DNA from: Solirubrobacterales bacterium
Lineage (GTDB): Bacteria; Actinomycetota; Thermoleophilia; Solirubrobacterales; 70-9
Length of the DNA: 44,087 nucleotides
Direction: 5' to 3'
Assembly: GCA_051953975.1 (NCBI GenBank)
Contig: JBQCIG010000256.1
Coordinates: forward strand, 1 to 44,087
Shown here: positions 15,503 to 24,166 of the stretch, one piece after another
Numbering within the stretch: position 1 is the stretch's first letter
How the letters are laid out: each line of letters begins with the position of its first letter
Notes under the pieces: model-generated
What the model was told of the DNA's origin: nothing
What the model saw: the letters and a program-made list of their open reading frames with translations, nothing else
The model's database searches: none
Translations under genes and position numbers: made by a program

Positions 15503-16579
15503 ATGGCGAAAGTGAACTTGAAGGACGCCTCCGCCAAGGAGGCAAAAGCGAAGGACGCCGCGCTCGAGGCGGCGGTGACGCAAATCGAGCGCGACTTCGG
15601 CCAGGGCTCGCTGATGCGCCTGGGCGACAAAGGGACGGTCAAGGTCGATGCGATCCCGACCGGGGCGCTGGCGCTCGACCTGGCGCTGGGGATCGGTGGG
15701 GTCCCGCGCGGCCGGATCGTCGAGATCTTCGGCCCGGAGTCCTCGGGGAAGACCACGCTCGTCAACCACATCATCGCCCAGGCCCAAGCCCAGGGCGGCA
15801 TCTGCGCCTTCATCGACACCGAGCACGCGATCGACCCCGTCTACGCGCGGGCGATCGGCGTCGACACCGACGAGCTGCTGGTCTCCCAGCCCGATTACGG
15901 TGAGCAGGCGCTGCAGATCGCCGACCGACTGATCGCCTCGGCCGCGATCGACGTGGTCGCGATCGACTCGGTCGCGGCGCTGACGCCGAAAGCCGAGCTC
16001 GACGGCCAGATCGGCGACACCACCGTCGGCCTGCAGGCGCGGCTGATGTCGCAGGCGCTGCGGAAACTGGCGGGGAGCCTCAACCGGACGAAAACGGTCT
16101 GCCTCTTCACCAACCAGATCCGGGAAAAAGTCGGCGTCCAGTTCGGCTCGCCCGAGACCCAACCGGGCGGTCGGGCGCTGAAGTTCTACTCCTCGCAGCG
16201 ACTCGACATCCGCCGGATCGAGACCCTGAAGGAAGGGACGGAGGCGGTCGGCAACCGGGTCCGCGTCAAAGTCGTCAAGAACAAGGTGGCGGCTCCGTTC
16301 CGCCAGGCCGAATTCGACATCGAGTACGGCGTCGGCATCTCCCGTGAGGGTGGCTTGCTCGACTTCGGGATGGAGCAGGACCTGATCCAGAAATCCGGCT
16401 CCTTCTTCTCCTACGGCGAGACCCGGCTCGGACAGGGGCGCAACAACGCCAAACAGTTCCTGGTCGACAACCCGGAGCTGGCGCTGGAGATCGAAACCAA
16501 GGTCCGCGCGGCGTTGGGGATCGACGGCGAGCAGAAAGCGGAGCCGGAGGCCCCTGTCGCGGAGGCTCAAGCCGCCTAG
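15503..16579 (+). CDS. recA: Recombinase RecA
   Basis: Walker [17 protein letters not shown], and the L1/L2 regions ([26 protein letters not shown]). GAGGTGG RBS before ATG 15503, within the longer ORF 15392..16579. Confidence 0.95.
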   Translation: MAKVNLKDASAKEAKAKDAALEAAVTQIERDFGQGSLMRLGDKGTVKVDAIPTGALALDLALGIGGVPRGRIVEIFGPESSGKTTLVNHIIAQAQAQGGICAFIDTEHAIDPVYARAIGVDTDELLVSQPDYGEQALQIADRLIASAAIDVVAIDSVAALTPKAELDGQIGDTTVGLQARLMSQALRKLAGSLNRTKTVCLFTNQIREKVGVQFGSPETQPGGRALKFYSSQRLDIRRIETLKEGTEAVGNRVRVKVVKNKVAAPFRQAEFDIEYGVGISREGGLLDFGMEQDLIQKSGSFFSYGETRLGQGRNNAKQFLVDNPELALEIETKVRAALGIDGEQKAEPEAPVAEAQAA

Positions 16580-16584
16580 CGGCT

Positions 16585-16625
16585 GGCGGCCGGTTTCTCT
16601 CTGGATCGATAGGGTTCCGGCCGCC
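16585..16625 (+). terminator. GC-rich hairpin after recA (terminator/attenuator-like, no U-tract)
   Basis: GGCGGCCGG (16585-16593) and CCGGCCGCC (16617-16625) form a 9-bp perfect stem with a 23-nt loop. The 3' arm ends 2 nt before the ATG of the next gene. Confidence 0.35.
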
Positions 16626-16627
16626 GT

Positions 16628-17254
16628 ATGAGCAACGAAACTCTTTTCTTCATCTGCGGAGGCGTCCTTGCCGTCTCGGCAGTGGTCGTCAGCATCGTCG
16701 GGCTGAGGCTGCCCAACTTCCCCGGCAAGGCGCTGCCGCTGGTGATCCTCTGGTTCGCGCTCTTCGTCGGCGGTGCGACCACGTTCGCCGTCCTGCACGC
16801 GCAGGACGAGCAAAAGGCCAAGGCGGCCGAGCTCGCAAAGGCCGGTGAAGAAATCGAAAAAGGGCAGACCTCGGCCCCCTTTGAAAACGAAGCCGGCGCG
16901 GAAGGCTCTACCCAGAAAGAAGAAGCGGGCGGCAAGGGCGAAAACTCGCAGCCAGCCAAGGGAGGTGGCGCAGCCACGACCCTGCAGCTGGAAGCGAGCC
17001 CCACCGCGCTCGAATTCAACACCACCCATCTGGAAGCCAAAGCCGGCAAGGTCACGATCGACTTCACCAACCCTGCGCCACTCGAACACAACGTGGTGAT
17101 CGAACAGAACGGCAAAGAACTGGCCGGCTTCGCCCCGATCACCGAAGGCAAGGCTTCGGAGACCGCCAACCTCAAGCCGGGCACCTACACCTTCTTCTGC
17201 GCCGTCCCCGGGCATCGCGAAGCGGGCATGGAAGGGACCCTCGTAGTCAAGTAG
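16628..17254 (+). CDS. Membrane-anchored type-1 (blue) copper protein, cupredoxin fold
   Basis: Two N-terminal TM helices, a Lys/Glu/Ala-rich linker, then a cupredoxin domain with ligands HNVV...FFCAVPGHREAGM (His, Cys, His, Met). Confidence 0.8.
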   Translation: MSNETLFFICGGVLAVSAVVVSIVGLRLPNFPGKALPLVILWFALFVGGATTFAVLHAQDEQKAKAAELAKAGEEIEKGQTSAPFENEAGAEGSTQKEEAGGKGENSQPAKGGGAATTLQLEASPTALEFNTTHLEAKAGKVTIDFTNPAPLEHNVVIEQNGKELAGFAPITEGKASETANLKPGTYTFFCAVPGHREAGMEGTLVVK

Positions 17255-17274
17255 CTGCCGCTACCCTGCCGGTA

Positions 17275-18600
17275 ATGGCGAAGCGGTTCCACGTCACCAC
17301 CTTCGGGTGCCAGATGAACGTGCACGACTCCGAGCGGATGCGGGGGATGCTGGCCTCGCTCGGCTACGAGGAGGCGGCCGAGCGCGACGAAGCGGACCTG
17401 ATCCTCTTCAACACCTGCTCGATCCGCGAGTCGGCTGACAGCCGCTTCATCGCCCACCTGGGGCAGGCGAAGAAGCTCAAGTCCGAAGACCCCGAGAGGG
17501 TTGTCGGCGTCGGCGGCTGCTGGGCTCAGTCGGTCAAGGAGGAGGTCTTCGAGCGCTTCCCCTTCGTCGACGTCGCCTTCGGACCGGGACAGATCCACAA
17601 GCTGGCCGAGTTCCTCAACTCCGACTCGCTGAGCGCCCAGGGCTACTTCGAGTTCGAGGACTTCTCGGGGCACCTGCCGGCCCGGCGCGAGCGCGAGTTC
17701 CAGGGCTGGCTGCAGATCTCCCAGGGCTGCAACTGCGTCTGCTCATACTGCATCGTCCCGTCGACCCGCGGCCGCGAGGTCAGCCGCGAGCCCGGCGAGC
17801 TGGTCGCCGAGGCCGCGGCGCGGGCGGCCGACGGGGTGGTCGAGGTGACGCTGCTGGGTCAGAACGTCAACAGCTACGGGCGCGACCTGCCGCAGGAGCG
17901 GCGGATCGGCTTCTCCGAGCTGCTGCGGCGCGTCGACGCGGTCGCGGGAATCGAGCGGATCCGCTACACCAGCCCGCACCCGAAGGACATGAAGGAGGAC
18001 GTGATCCGCGCCCACGCCGAGCTGCCGGCGCTCTGCGAGCAGATCCACCTGCCGCTGCAGTCGGGCTCCAGCGCCGTCCTCAAACGGATGCGCCGCACCT
18101 ACGACCGCCAGCGCTATATGGACCGGGTGGCGCTGATCCGCGAGCACGTCCCCGACTGCGCGATCACCACCGACATCATCGTCGGCTTCCCGGGGGAGAC
18201 CGAGACCGACTTCGCCGAGACGCTGGAGGTGGTCGAGGAGGTCGGCTACGACGGCGCTTTCACCTTTATTTTCTCGCCGCGGCGCGAAACCGAGGCGGCG
18301 ACGATGGATGGACAGCTACCGCACCCGGTCAAGGTCGAGCGGATGGAACGGCTGGTCGAGGCGGTGCAGCGACGCGCCGCCGAGCGCGCCCAGCGCTTCG
18401 TCGGACGGACGCTCGATGTCCTGGTCGAAGGAACCAGCCGCACCGACGAGACGAAGCTGCGCGGGCGGACCCGGCACGGCAAGGCGGCCAACTTCGACGG
18501 GGTGGCCGAACCAGGTGAATTCGTGCCCGTCGAGATCGAAGCGGCCACCTCGCAGACGCTGAGCGGGGTCCTGGCGCGACCGCTGACGCCCCTCCTCTGA
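17275..18600 (+). CDS. miaB: tRNA-2-methylthio-N6-dimethylallyladenosine synthase (radical SAM methylthiotransferase)
   Basis: N-terminal UPF0004 domain (FHVTTFGCQMNVHDSE), radical SAM CNCVCSYCIVP, and a C-terminal TRAM domain. Confidence 0.92.
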   Translation: MAKRFHVTTFGCQMNVHDSERMRGMLASLGYEEAAERDEADLILFNTCSIRESADSRFIAHLGQAKKLKSEDPERVVGVGGCWAQSVKEEVFERFPFVDVAFGPGQIHKLAEFLNSDSLSAQGYFEFEDFSGHLPARREREFQGWLQISQGCNCVCSYCIVPSTRGREVSREPGELVAEAAARAADGVVEVTLLGQNVNSYGRDLPQERRIGFSELLRRVDAVAGIERIRYTSPHPKDMKEDVIRAHAELPALCEQIHLPLQSGSSAVLKRMRRTYDRQRYMDRVALIREHVPDCAITTDIIVGFPGETETDFAETLEVVEEVGYDGAFTFIFSPRRETEAATMDGQLPHPVKVERMERLVEAVQRRAAERAQRFVGRTLDVLVEGTSRTDETKLRGRTRHGKAANFDGVAEPGEFVPVEIEAATSQTLSGVLARPLTPLL

Positions 18601-18602
18601 GC

Positions 18603-19340
18603 TTGGACGTCGTCGCGATCTTCGGCCCGACGGGGGTCGGGAAGACGGGGGTGGCGATCGCTCTAGCCGAGCTGCTGCGCGAGCGGGGGGAGGACCCGGT
18701 CGCGGTCAACTGCGACGCCCTGCAGGTCTACGAAGAGCTGGAGACGCTGACCGGCGCGGCGAGCGCCGCCGAGCAGGCGCGGCTCGAGCACCGACTGCAG
18801 GGCTTCGTGCCGATCACCTCGGACTTCTCCGTAGGCGACTACATGCCGCTGGCGCACCAGGAGATCGACTCGGCGCTGAGGGCGGGGCGGCGACCGATCG
18901 TCGTCGGGGGGACCGGCCTCTACCTGCGCGCGGCGCTGGCCGAGCTTTCGCTGCAGAAGGTGCCGCCGGAATCGGAGGACTCGGAGCTGTGGTCGCCCGA
19001 GACCAGGCATCCCAGCGCGATCTTCGGCCTCGACATGGACCGGGCACAGCTGTACGAGCGGATCGATGCGCGGGTGGAGGCGATCGTCGCCGCCGGCGCC
19101 GCCGAGGAGGCCCGCCGCGCCGATGCCCACGGCCCCGGCCGCACCGCCCGCAAGGCGCTCGGCTTCGACGAGCTGCTCGCCGGCGATACCGAAAGGATGA
19201 AGCAACGCTCCCGCAACTACGCCCGCCGCCAGCTCACCTGGATGCGCAAGATCCCGAACCTGCACCGGATCGACCGCACCGGCCTCTCCGACGCCGAGGT
19301 TGCCAACCGGATGCTGACGGGCCTATTTCCCTCCATATAG
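18603..19340 (+). CDS. miaA: tRNA dimethylallyltransferase (compact form)
   Basis: P-loop GPTGVGKTG, VVGGTGLYLRA, and RRQLTWMR. Only 245 aa. TTG start 2 nt after the miaB stop. Confidence 0.85.
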   Translation: MDVVAIFGPTGVGKTGVAIALAELLRERGEDPVAVNCDALQVYEELETLTGAASAAEQARLEHRLQGFVPITSDFSVGDYMPLAHQEIDSALRAGRRPIVVGGTGLYLRAALAELSLQKVPPESEDSELWSPETRHPSAIFGLDMDRAQLYERIDARVEAIVAAGAAEEARRADAHGPGRTARKALGFDELLAGDTERMKQRSRNYARRQLTWMRKIPNLHRIDRTGLSDAEVANRMLTGLFPSI

Positions 19341-19382
19341 GCGTATTTTCGGCCCGTCGGCAGAGTCAATAGGCTCCTCGCC

Positions 19383-20231
19383 GTGAAGTTCGAGAAGTGG
19401 CAGGCCCTGGGCAACGACTACTTGATCCTCGAGCGGGAGCGGCTCCCCTGGGAGCTGACCGCGACGCGGATCGAGTGGCTCTGCGACCAGCACTTCGGGA
19501 TCGGTGCCGACGGCATCCTGCTGCTAGCGCCCAGCGCCGACCCTGAGCTCGTCGCCGATTTGCGGATCTTCAACCCCGACGGCTCCGAGGCCGAGCTCTC
19601 CGGCAACGGCGCCCGCGAGGCGATCCTCTACCTGCGCCGCAACGGCTGGACCGACGCGGATGAGTTCGTGATCGGCACCGCCGCCGGACCGATCCGGCCG
19701 ACGATCACCGGCGAGCTGACCTGCTCGGTGGACATGGGGCGGGCCTCGACCACCTCCAAGGACTACCCCTCGGGCGGCGAGGACGGACGGGGCACGCTCG
19801 AGGCTGGCGGGCGCAGCTGGGAGTTCCAGCACGTCTCGATCGGCAACCCGCAGTGCGCGATCGTCGTCGGCGAGGAGCTAGACGAGCTCGACCTCGGCGC
19901 GATCGGCCCTGGGATCGAAGGCCATGAGCTGTTCCCGAACCGGACCAACGTCTCCTTCCTGGCGATCGAGGGCAGCAGGGTGCGGGCGCGGATCTTCGAG
20001 CGCGGGGTGGGGGAGACGCTCTCCTCGGGGACCGGCGCCAGCGGCGCCGCCGTCACCGCCTTCCTGCGTGGCTCCCAGAGCCCGATCGTGGTCGAGCTCG
20101 AAGGCGGCGAGCTGCAGGTCGCGATCTCCGTGGAGCTGGACGTGCGGCTCGACGGCTGGGCCGAGCCGGTTTTCGCCGGCGAGCTCTCGCCGGAGCTGGT
20201 GCAGGCGCTAGCCGAGCTGGACGGCGACTGA
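19383..20231 (+). CDS. dapF: Diaminopimelate epimerase homologue with Ser at both catalytic Cys positions
   Basis: MKFEKWQALGNDYLIL, FNPDGSEAELSGNGAR and ERGVGETLSSGTGASGAAV align with E. coli FNADGSEVAQCGNGAR and ERGAGETQACGSGACAAV. GTG start. Confidence 0.85.
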   Translation: MKFEKWQALGNDYLILERERLPWELTATRIEWLCDQHFGIGADGILLLAPSADPELVADLRIFNPDGSEAELSGNGAREAILYLRRNGWTDADEFVIGTAAGPIRPTITGELTCSVDMGRASTTSKDYPSGGEDGRGTLEAGGRSWEFQHVSIGNPQCAIVVGEELDELDLGAIGPGIEGHELFPNRTNVSFLAIEGSRVRARIFERGVGETLSSGTGASGAAVTAFLRGSQSPIVVELEGGELQVAISVELDVRLDGWAEPVFAGELSPELVQALAELDGD

Positions 20232-20260
20232 CGCCACCGATCGCATAGATTCCGGCGCCC

Positions 20261-21430
20261 ATGGGCATCGCCACCCCGTCCAAGCGCCTGGAGGCCATCC
20301 CTCCCTACAAGTTCCAGGAACTCGAGCAGCAGATCGCCGACAAGCGCGCTGCCGGGATCGACGTGATCAGCCTCGGGATCGGCGATCCGGACCAACCGAC
20401 CTACGACCACATCGTCAAGGCGGCGCAGGAGGCGGTCGCGAACCCGGCCTACCACCAGTACCCGTCCAACCGCGGTCGCGAGGAGTTCCGGGCGGCCCTC
20501 GCCGGGTTCTACGACCGCCGCTTCGGGGTCGAGATCGACCCGGCCTCCGAGGTGATCCCGGCGATCGGCGCCAAGGAGTGCATCTACAACCTCTGCTTCG
20601 CCTTCCTCGACCCGGGCGACGTCGCCCTGGCCTCTGACCCCGGCTACCCGGTCTACACCGGCGGCCCGATCCTCGCCGGCGCCAAAGCCGAGCTGCTGCC
20701 GCTGGTGCCCGAGCTGGGCTTCGCCCCCGACCTCAGCGCCGTCCCGGCCGAGGTCGCCGAGCGGGCGCGACTGATGTTCGTCAACTACCCGAACAACCCG
20801 ACCGGCGCGGTCGTCCCCGACGGCTTCTTCGAGACGGTCGTCTCCTTCGCGCAGGAGCACGAGATCCTCGTCGTCCACGACAACGCCTACTCGGAGACGA
20901 CCTACGACGGCTACGTCGCGCCCAGCTTCCTCGCCACGCCCGGCGCCAGGGAGGTCGGCGTCGAGGTCTTCTCGCTCTCCAAGGGCTACAACATGACCGG
21001 CTGGCGCTGCGCCGCGATCCTCGGCAACGCCGAGGCGATCCAGACCTACTGGCGGCTGAAGACCAACGTCGACTCCGGCCTCTTCGAGGCGATCCAGATG
21101 GCCGGCGTTGCCGCTCTGGAGGGCCCTTACGGCCCACTGGAGCGGATGAACGAGACCTACACCCGCCGTCGCGACCTCGTCGTCTCCGCCCTGCGCGAGA
21201 TCGGCGTCGAGGTCAACCCGCCGCAGGGGACGATCTACGTCTGGGCACCGGTGCCCGCGAGCCACACCTCGACCTCCTTCTGCGAGCTCGTCCTCGAGGA
21301 GGCCGCGGTCGTCGTCTCGCCCGGCTCGATGTACGGGCCGAGCGGCGAGGGCTTCTTCCGCATCGCCCTGACCACGCCCGACGAGCGAATCGAAGAGGCG
21401 GTCGAGCGGATGCGCGAGCACCTCGCGTGA
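20261..21430 (+). CDS. dapL: Class I PLP aminotransferase, probably LL-diaminopimelate aminotransferase (DapL type)
   Basis: IPPYKFQELEQ, ISLGIGDPDQPT, NYPNNPTGAV and SLSKGYNMTGWR (PLP lysine), plus KTNVDSGLFEAIQ. This pattern matches direct LL-DAP aminotransferases as I recall them. It sits next to dapF. Confidence 0.65.
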   Translation: MGIATPSKRLEAIPPYKFQELEQQIADKRAAGIDVISLGIGDPDQPTYDHIVKAAQEAVANPAYHQYPSNRGREEFRAALAGFYDRRFGVEIDPASEVIPAIGAKECIYNLCFAFLDPGDVALASDPGYPVYTGGPILAGAKAELLPLVPELGFAPDLSAVPAEVAERARLMFVNYPNNPTGAVVPDGFFETVVSFAQEHEILVVHDNAYSETTYDGYVAPSFLATPGAREVGVEVFSLSKGYNMTGWRCAAILGNAEAIQTYWRLKTNVDSGLFEAIQMAGVAALEGPYGPLERMNETYTRRRDLVVSALREIGVEVNPPQGTIYVWAPVPASHTSTSFCELVLEEAAVVVSPGSMYGPSGEGFFRIALTTPDERIEEAVERMREHLA

Positions 21431-22182
21431 GCGTACGGCGGGCGCTGGTCGGGCTGCTGGTTCTCCTCGCGGCGGCGATCGCGGCGGTGCCGGCCCTGGC
21501 GTGGGAAGAAAAACCGGCGTCCGGTCCCGACCCCGCCGTCGCCACCTGGACGGAATGGCCGCACCGCGTCAGCTGCGGCGGCCTGCGCTTCAACCCGATC
21601 GTCGCCTTCAGCTCCCCGACGGGGGTGGGGAAGACCAACACCCCGCAGGTGCGGGCGATGAAGAAGTTCATCGACATCGGCGAAGAATTGGCCCGCAAGC
21701 ACGACTGGCGGCTGCTGGCCGAAGAAAAGAGATGGGCCGAGTTCGGCGCCGGCCGGCTCCCGGACGAACTCGAATGGATCGGCGTCGAACGCAGGCGGGG
21801 GCACTGGAGCTTTGCCAGCTACACCTCGCGATGCGAACCGGCGAGCGTGCGACGCGGGCTCGAGGCGATCACCTGGACGCTTGATCCCGACCAGCCGCAG
21901 CTCAACCCGAAAACCCGCAGCATCCTCGTCGACCTCGGGCCGAGCGAATGCAGCAGCGGCAAGCCGGCGGCCCCTCGTCTGCAGAAACCCGAGTTCCGCG
22001 AACAAAACGGGGCCCTGTTGATGGGCCTCTGGCTGCGGCCTCTGCCGCCGGGCGGCTACACCTGCCAGGGAATCATCGAACCGCCGGTACGGATCAAGCT
22101 TCCCGAACCGCTCGGCGAACGAGATCTGATGGACGGCGGCACCTACCCGCCGCGCCTCGAGCAGCTGCGCTTCGGCCGCTAA
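21427..22182 (+). CDS. Hypothetical exported protein
   Basis: GTGA overlap with the upstream stop. Signal peptide MSVRRALVGLLVLLAAAIAAVPALA/WEE. GC3-biased. No family recognised. Confidence 0.55.
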   Translation: MSVRRALVGLLVLLAAAIAAVPALAWEEKPASGPDPAVATWTEWPHRVSCGGLRFNPIVAFSSPTGVGKTNTPQVRAMKKFIDIGEELARKHDWRLLAEEKRWAEFGAGRLPDELEWIGVERRRGHWSFASYTSRCEPASVRRGLEAITWTLDPDQPQLNPKTRSILVDLGPSECSSGKPAAPRLQKPEFREQNGALLMGLWLRPLPPGGYTCQGIIEPPVRIKLPEPLGERDLMDGGTYPPRLEQLRFGR

Positions 22183-23036
22183 GCCGCCTCGCGCTCGGCC
22201 TTCTTGCGCCAGTAGCGATCGAGGCCGGCCCACTGGTAGGCGGTGGGGACGGCCTGAAGGAGCTCCTCCACCGTCTCCTCGCCCATGCCTTCGGAGGCGA
22301 GCTGTGCGCGGAGGCGCCGCTCCAGGTCCTCGTCGTATTCCTCATGCGGCATGCGGCGGGCGAAGTCGGCCTCCAGGCGCAATTTCTCCCGCACCTTCTC
22401 GATGTGGCCGGGGACGTCGTCCTCGACGGCGCCGAAGTGGGTGAGGGCGAGGCGCTGCGGCGACCAGGCGGCGACGGTGTCCAGGGATTCCTCCCAGGTC
22501 TCGATGTCGATGTCGGGTGGGGGAGTGGGGGGCAGGATGAGGTTCGAGGGCGGGATCCGGCAGGCGGCGACATCGCCGACGAAAGCGGTGCCGCTGTCGG
22601 TGTGGAAGTAACAGACGTGGTGGGAGGCGTGGCCTGGGGTGTAGGCGACCTGCATTCCCAGCACGGTCTCGCCGCCGGCCAACGGGCGGACGTTGGCCTC
22701 CGGCACCGGCAGGATCTCGCCCCAGAGGTAGGTGAGCTTGTCGCCATAGAGGCGCTCGGCGCTCGCCAGCAGCTTCGAGGGGTCGATCAGGTGCGGGGCA
22801 CCGCGCTCGTGGACGTAGACCTCCAGCTCCGGCCAGCGCCGCACCATCGCCCCGGCCGCCGCCGCGTGGTCGAGGTGGATGTGCGTCAGCAACAACGCCC
22901 GCGGCTGCTCCTCCCCGATCGCCTCCAGCACCGTCGAGAGGGAGGACTGGGGCCCTGGATCCACCAGCACCCCATCCACTTCCCAGCAGCCGATCACATG
23001 CTCCCGGCCGAGATGCTTGACGTCGATCACTCGCAC
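22179..23036 (-). CDS. Metallo-beta-lactamase-fold hydrolase
   Basis: LLLTHIHLDHAAAAG (HxHxDH motif), with later His and Asp ligands (YTPGHASHH, FVGD). GTG start. Its stop overlaps the convergent gene's stop. Confidence 0.8.
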   Translation of the reverse strand: MRVIDVKHLGREHVIGCWEVDGVLVDPGPQSSLSTVLEAIGEEQPRALLLTHIHLDHAAAAGAMVRRWPELEVYVHERGAPHLIDPSKLLASAERLYGDKLTYLWGEILPVPEANVRPLAGGETVLGMQVAYTPGHASHHVCYFHTDSGTAFVGDVAACRIPPSNLILPPTPPPDIDIETWEESLDTVAAWSPQRLALTHFGAVEDDVPGHIEKVREKLRLEADFARRMPHEEYDEDLERRLRAQLASEGMGEETVEELLQAVPTAYQWAGLDRYWRKKAEREAA

Positions 23037-23063
23037 GGCGCGCAGCTTACGACTCCGCTCACA

Positions 23064-23129
23064 GGGACCTGGGGGAGGTCCCGGAGGAGCCTCCCCAACT
23101 TTGCGACGGAGGGACCTCCCCCAGGTCCC
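23064..23129. repeat. Nested palindromic inverted repeat between the epimerase and MBL genes
   Basis: GGGACCTGGGGGAGGTCCC (23064-23082) and GGGACCTCCCCCAGGTCCC (23111-23129) are exact reverse complements. Each arm is itself a 7-bp hairpin with a 5-nt G or C loop. Confidence 0.55.
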
Positions 23130-24149
23130 CTAAGCAGCCGTTGGAAGGCGGCCTTCGGCGGCCAGCATGTCCCTCAACCCCTGCTCGAGCCCGCGCGGCT
23201 CGTATCCCAGCTCCCGCTTGGCCTTGTCGTAGCTGGCCCAGAAGGTGACCCCGTCGGCGGAGGAGATCAGCTCGCGCAGGTTGGGCGGCTGGCCCATCAC
23301 CTTCCCGACCAGCGGCCCGATCGGGACCATCGCCTTCAGCAGCGGCGTCGGGATCGCGCCCCGCGGCGGCTTGCGGCCGGTGACATCGGCGACGACGCCG
23401 ATCGCCTCGCGCATCGTCGTCGCCGGGCCGCTGATCACGTAGGTCTCGCCCGCTTTGCCCTTGTCGAGGGCGAGGAGGATGCCGCCGGCGATGTCCTCGA
23501 CGTGGGAGAGGCAGATCCCCAGCTCGGGGAACGGCATCAGCGGCATCTTCCCGCTGAGGAACTGGTCCAGCAGCTGGCCGACCGAGGAGGTGTCACCGGG
23601 GCCGTAGACGCCCCCCGGCTGCACGATCACGCCGGGCAGCCCTTCGCCGATCAGCCGCTTCGCCACCTGGTGGGCTTCCCACTTGGTCTCCTCGTAGGCG
23701 GAGGTGAAGTCCTTGCCGGGGTGCTCGTAGGACTCGTCGACGATCTGGCCGTGGGTGTTGCCGAAGATGCCGACGGTGGAGACGTAGACGACCTTGGGGA
23801 TCTTCATCTCCAGCGCCGCGCTCAACACCCGTTCGGTGCCGCCGACGTTGGCCTCGCGCATCGCCGGGCGCTGGGAGGCGGGGATCCCGACCTCGTAGAC
23901 TGCTGCGGCGTGGATGACGGCGTCGCGCCCCTCCATCCCTTCGCGGATCGCCCGTTCGTCGCCAAGGTCACCGGCGACCAGCTCGCAGCCGAGCTCGGTC
24001 AGCTGCGCCGCCTTTCCGGGGCTGCGCACCAGGCAGGCGACCTCGTCGCCGCGCGCCCGCAGCTGGCGCGCCACCTCGCCGCCGATGAAGCCGGTGCCGC
24101 CGGTGAGGAAGACCTTCACGAGAAGAAACCCTATCCGGCCGAGGGCCAC
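23130..24149 (-). CDS. NAD-dependent epimerase/dehydratase family protein (extended SDR)
   Basis: VFLTGGTGFIGGEVARQL Rossmann motif and a YxxxK-type site (YEETK). The true start is probably the GTG at 24119 (VKVFLTGG) rather than 24149. Confidence 0.8.
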   Translation of the reverse strand: MALGRIGFLLVKVFLTGGTGFIGGEVARQLRARGDEVACLVRSPGKAAQLTELGCELVAGDLGDERAIREGMEGRDAVIHAAAVYEVGIPASQRPAMREANVGGTERVLSAALEMKIPKVVYVSTVGIFGNTHGQIVDESYEHPGKDFTSAYEETKWEAHQVAKRLIGEGLPGVIVQPGGVYGPGDTSSVGQLLDQFLSGKMPLMPFPELGICLSHVEDIAGGILLALDKGKAGETYVISGPATTMREAIGVVADVTGRKPPRGAIPTPLLKAMVPIGPLVGKVMGQPPNLRELISSADGVTFWASYDKAKRELGYEPRGLEQGLRDMLAAEGRLPTAA

Positions 24150-24166
24150 GCTTACAATTCCTTTGA

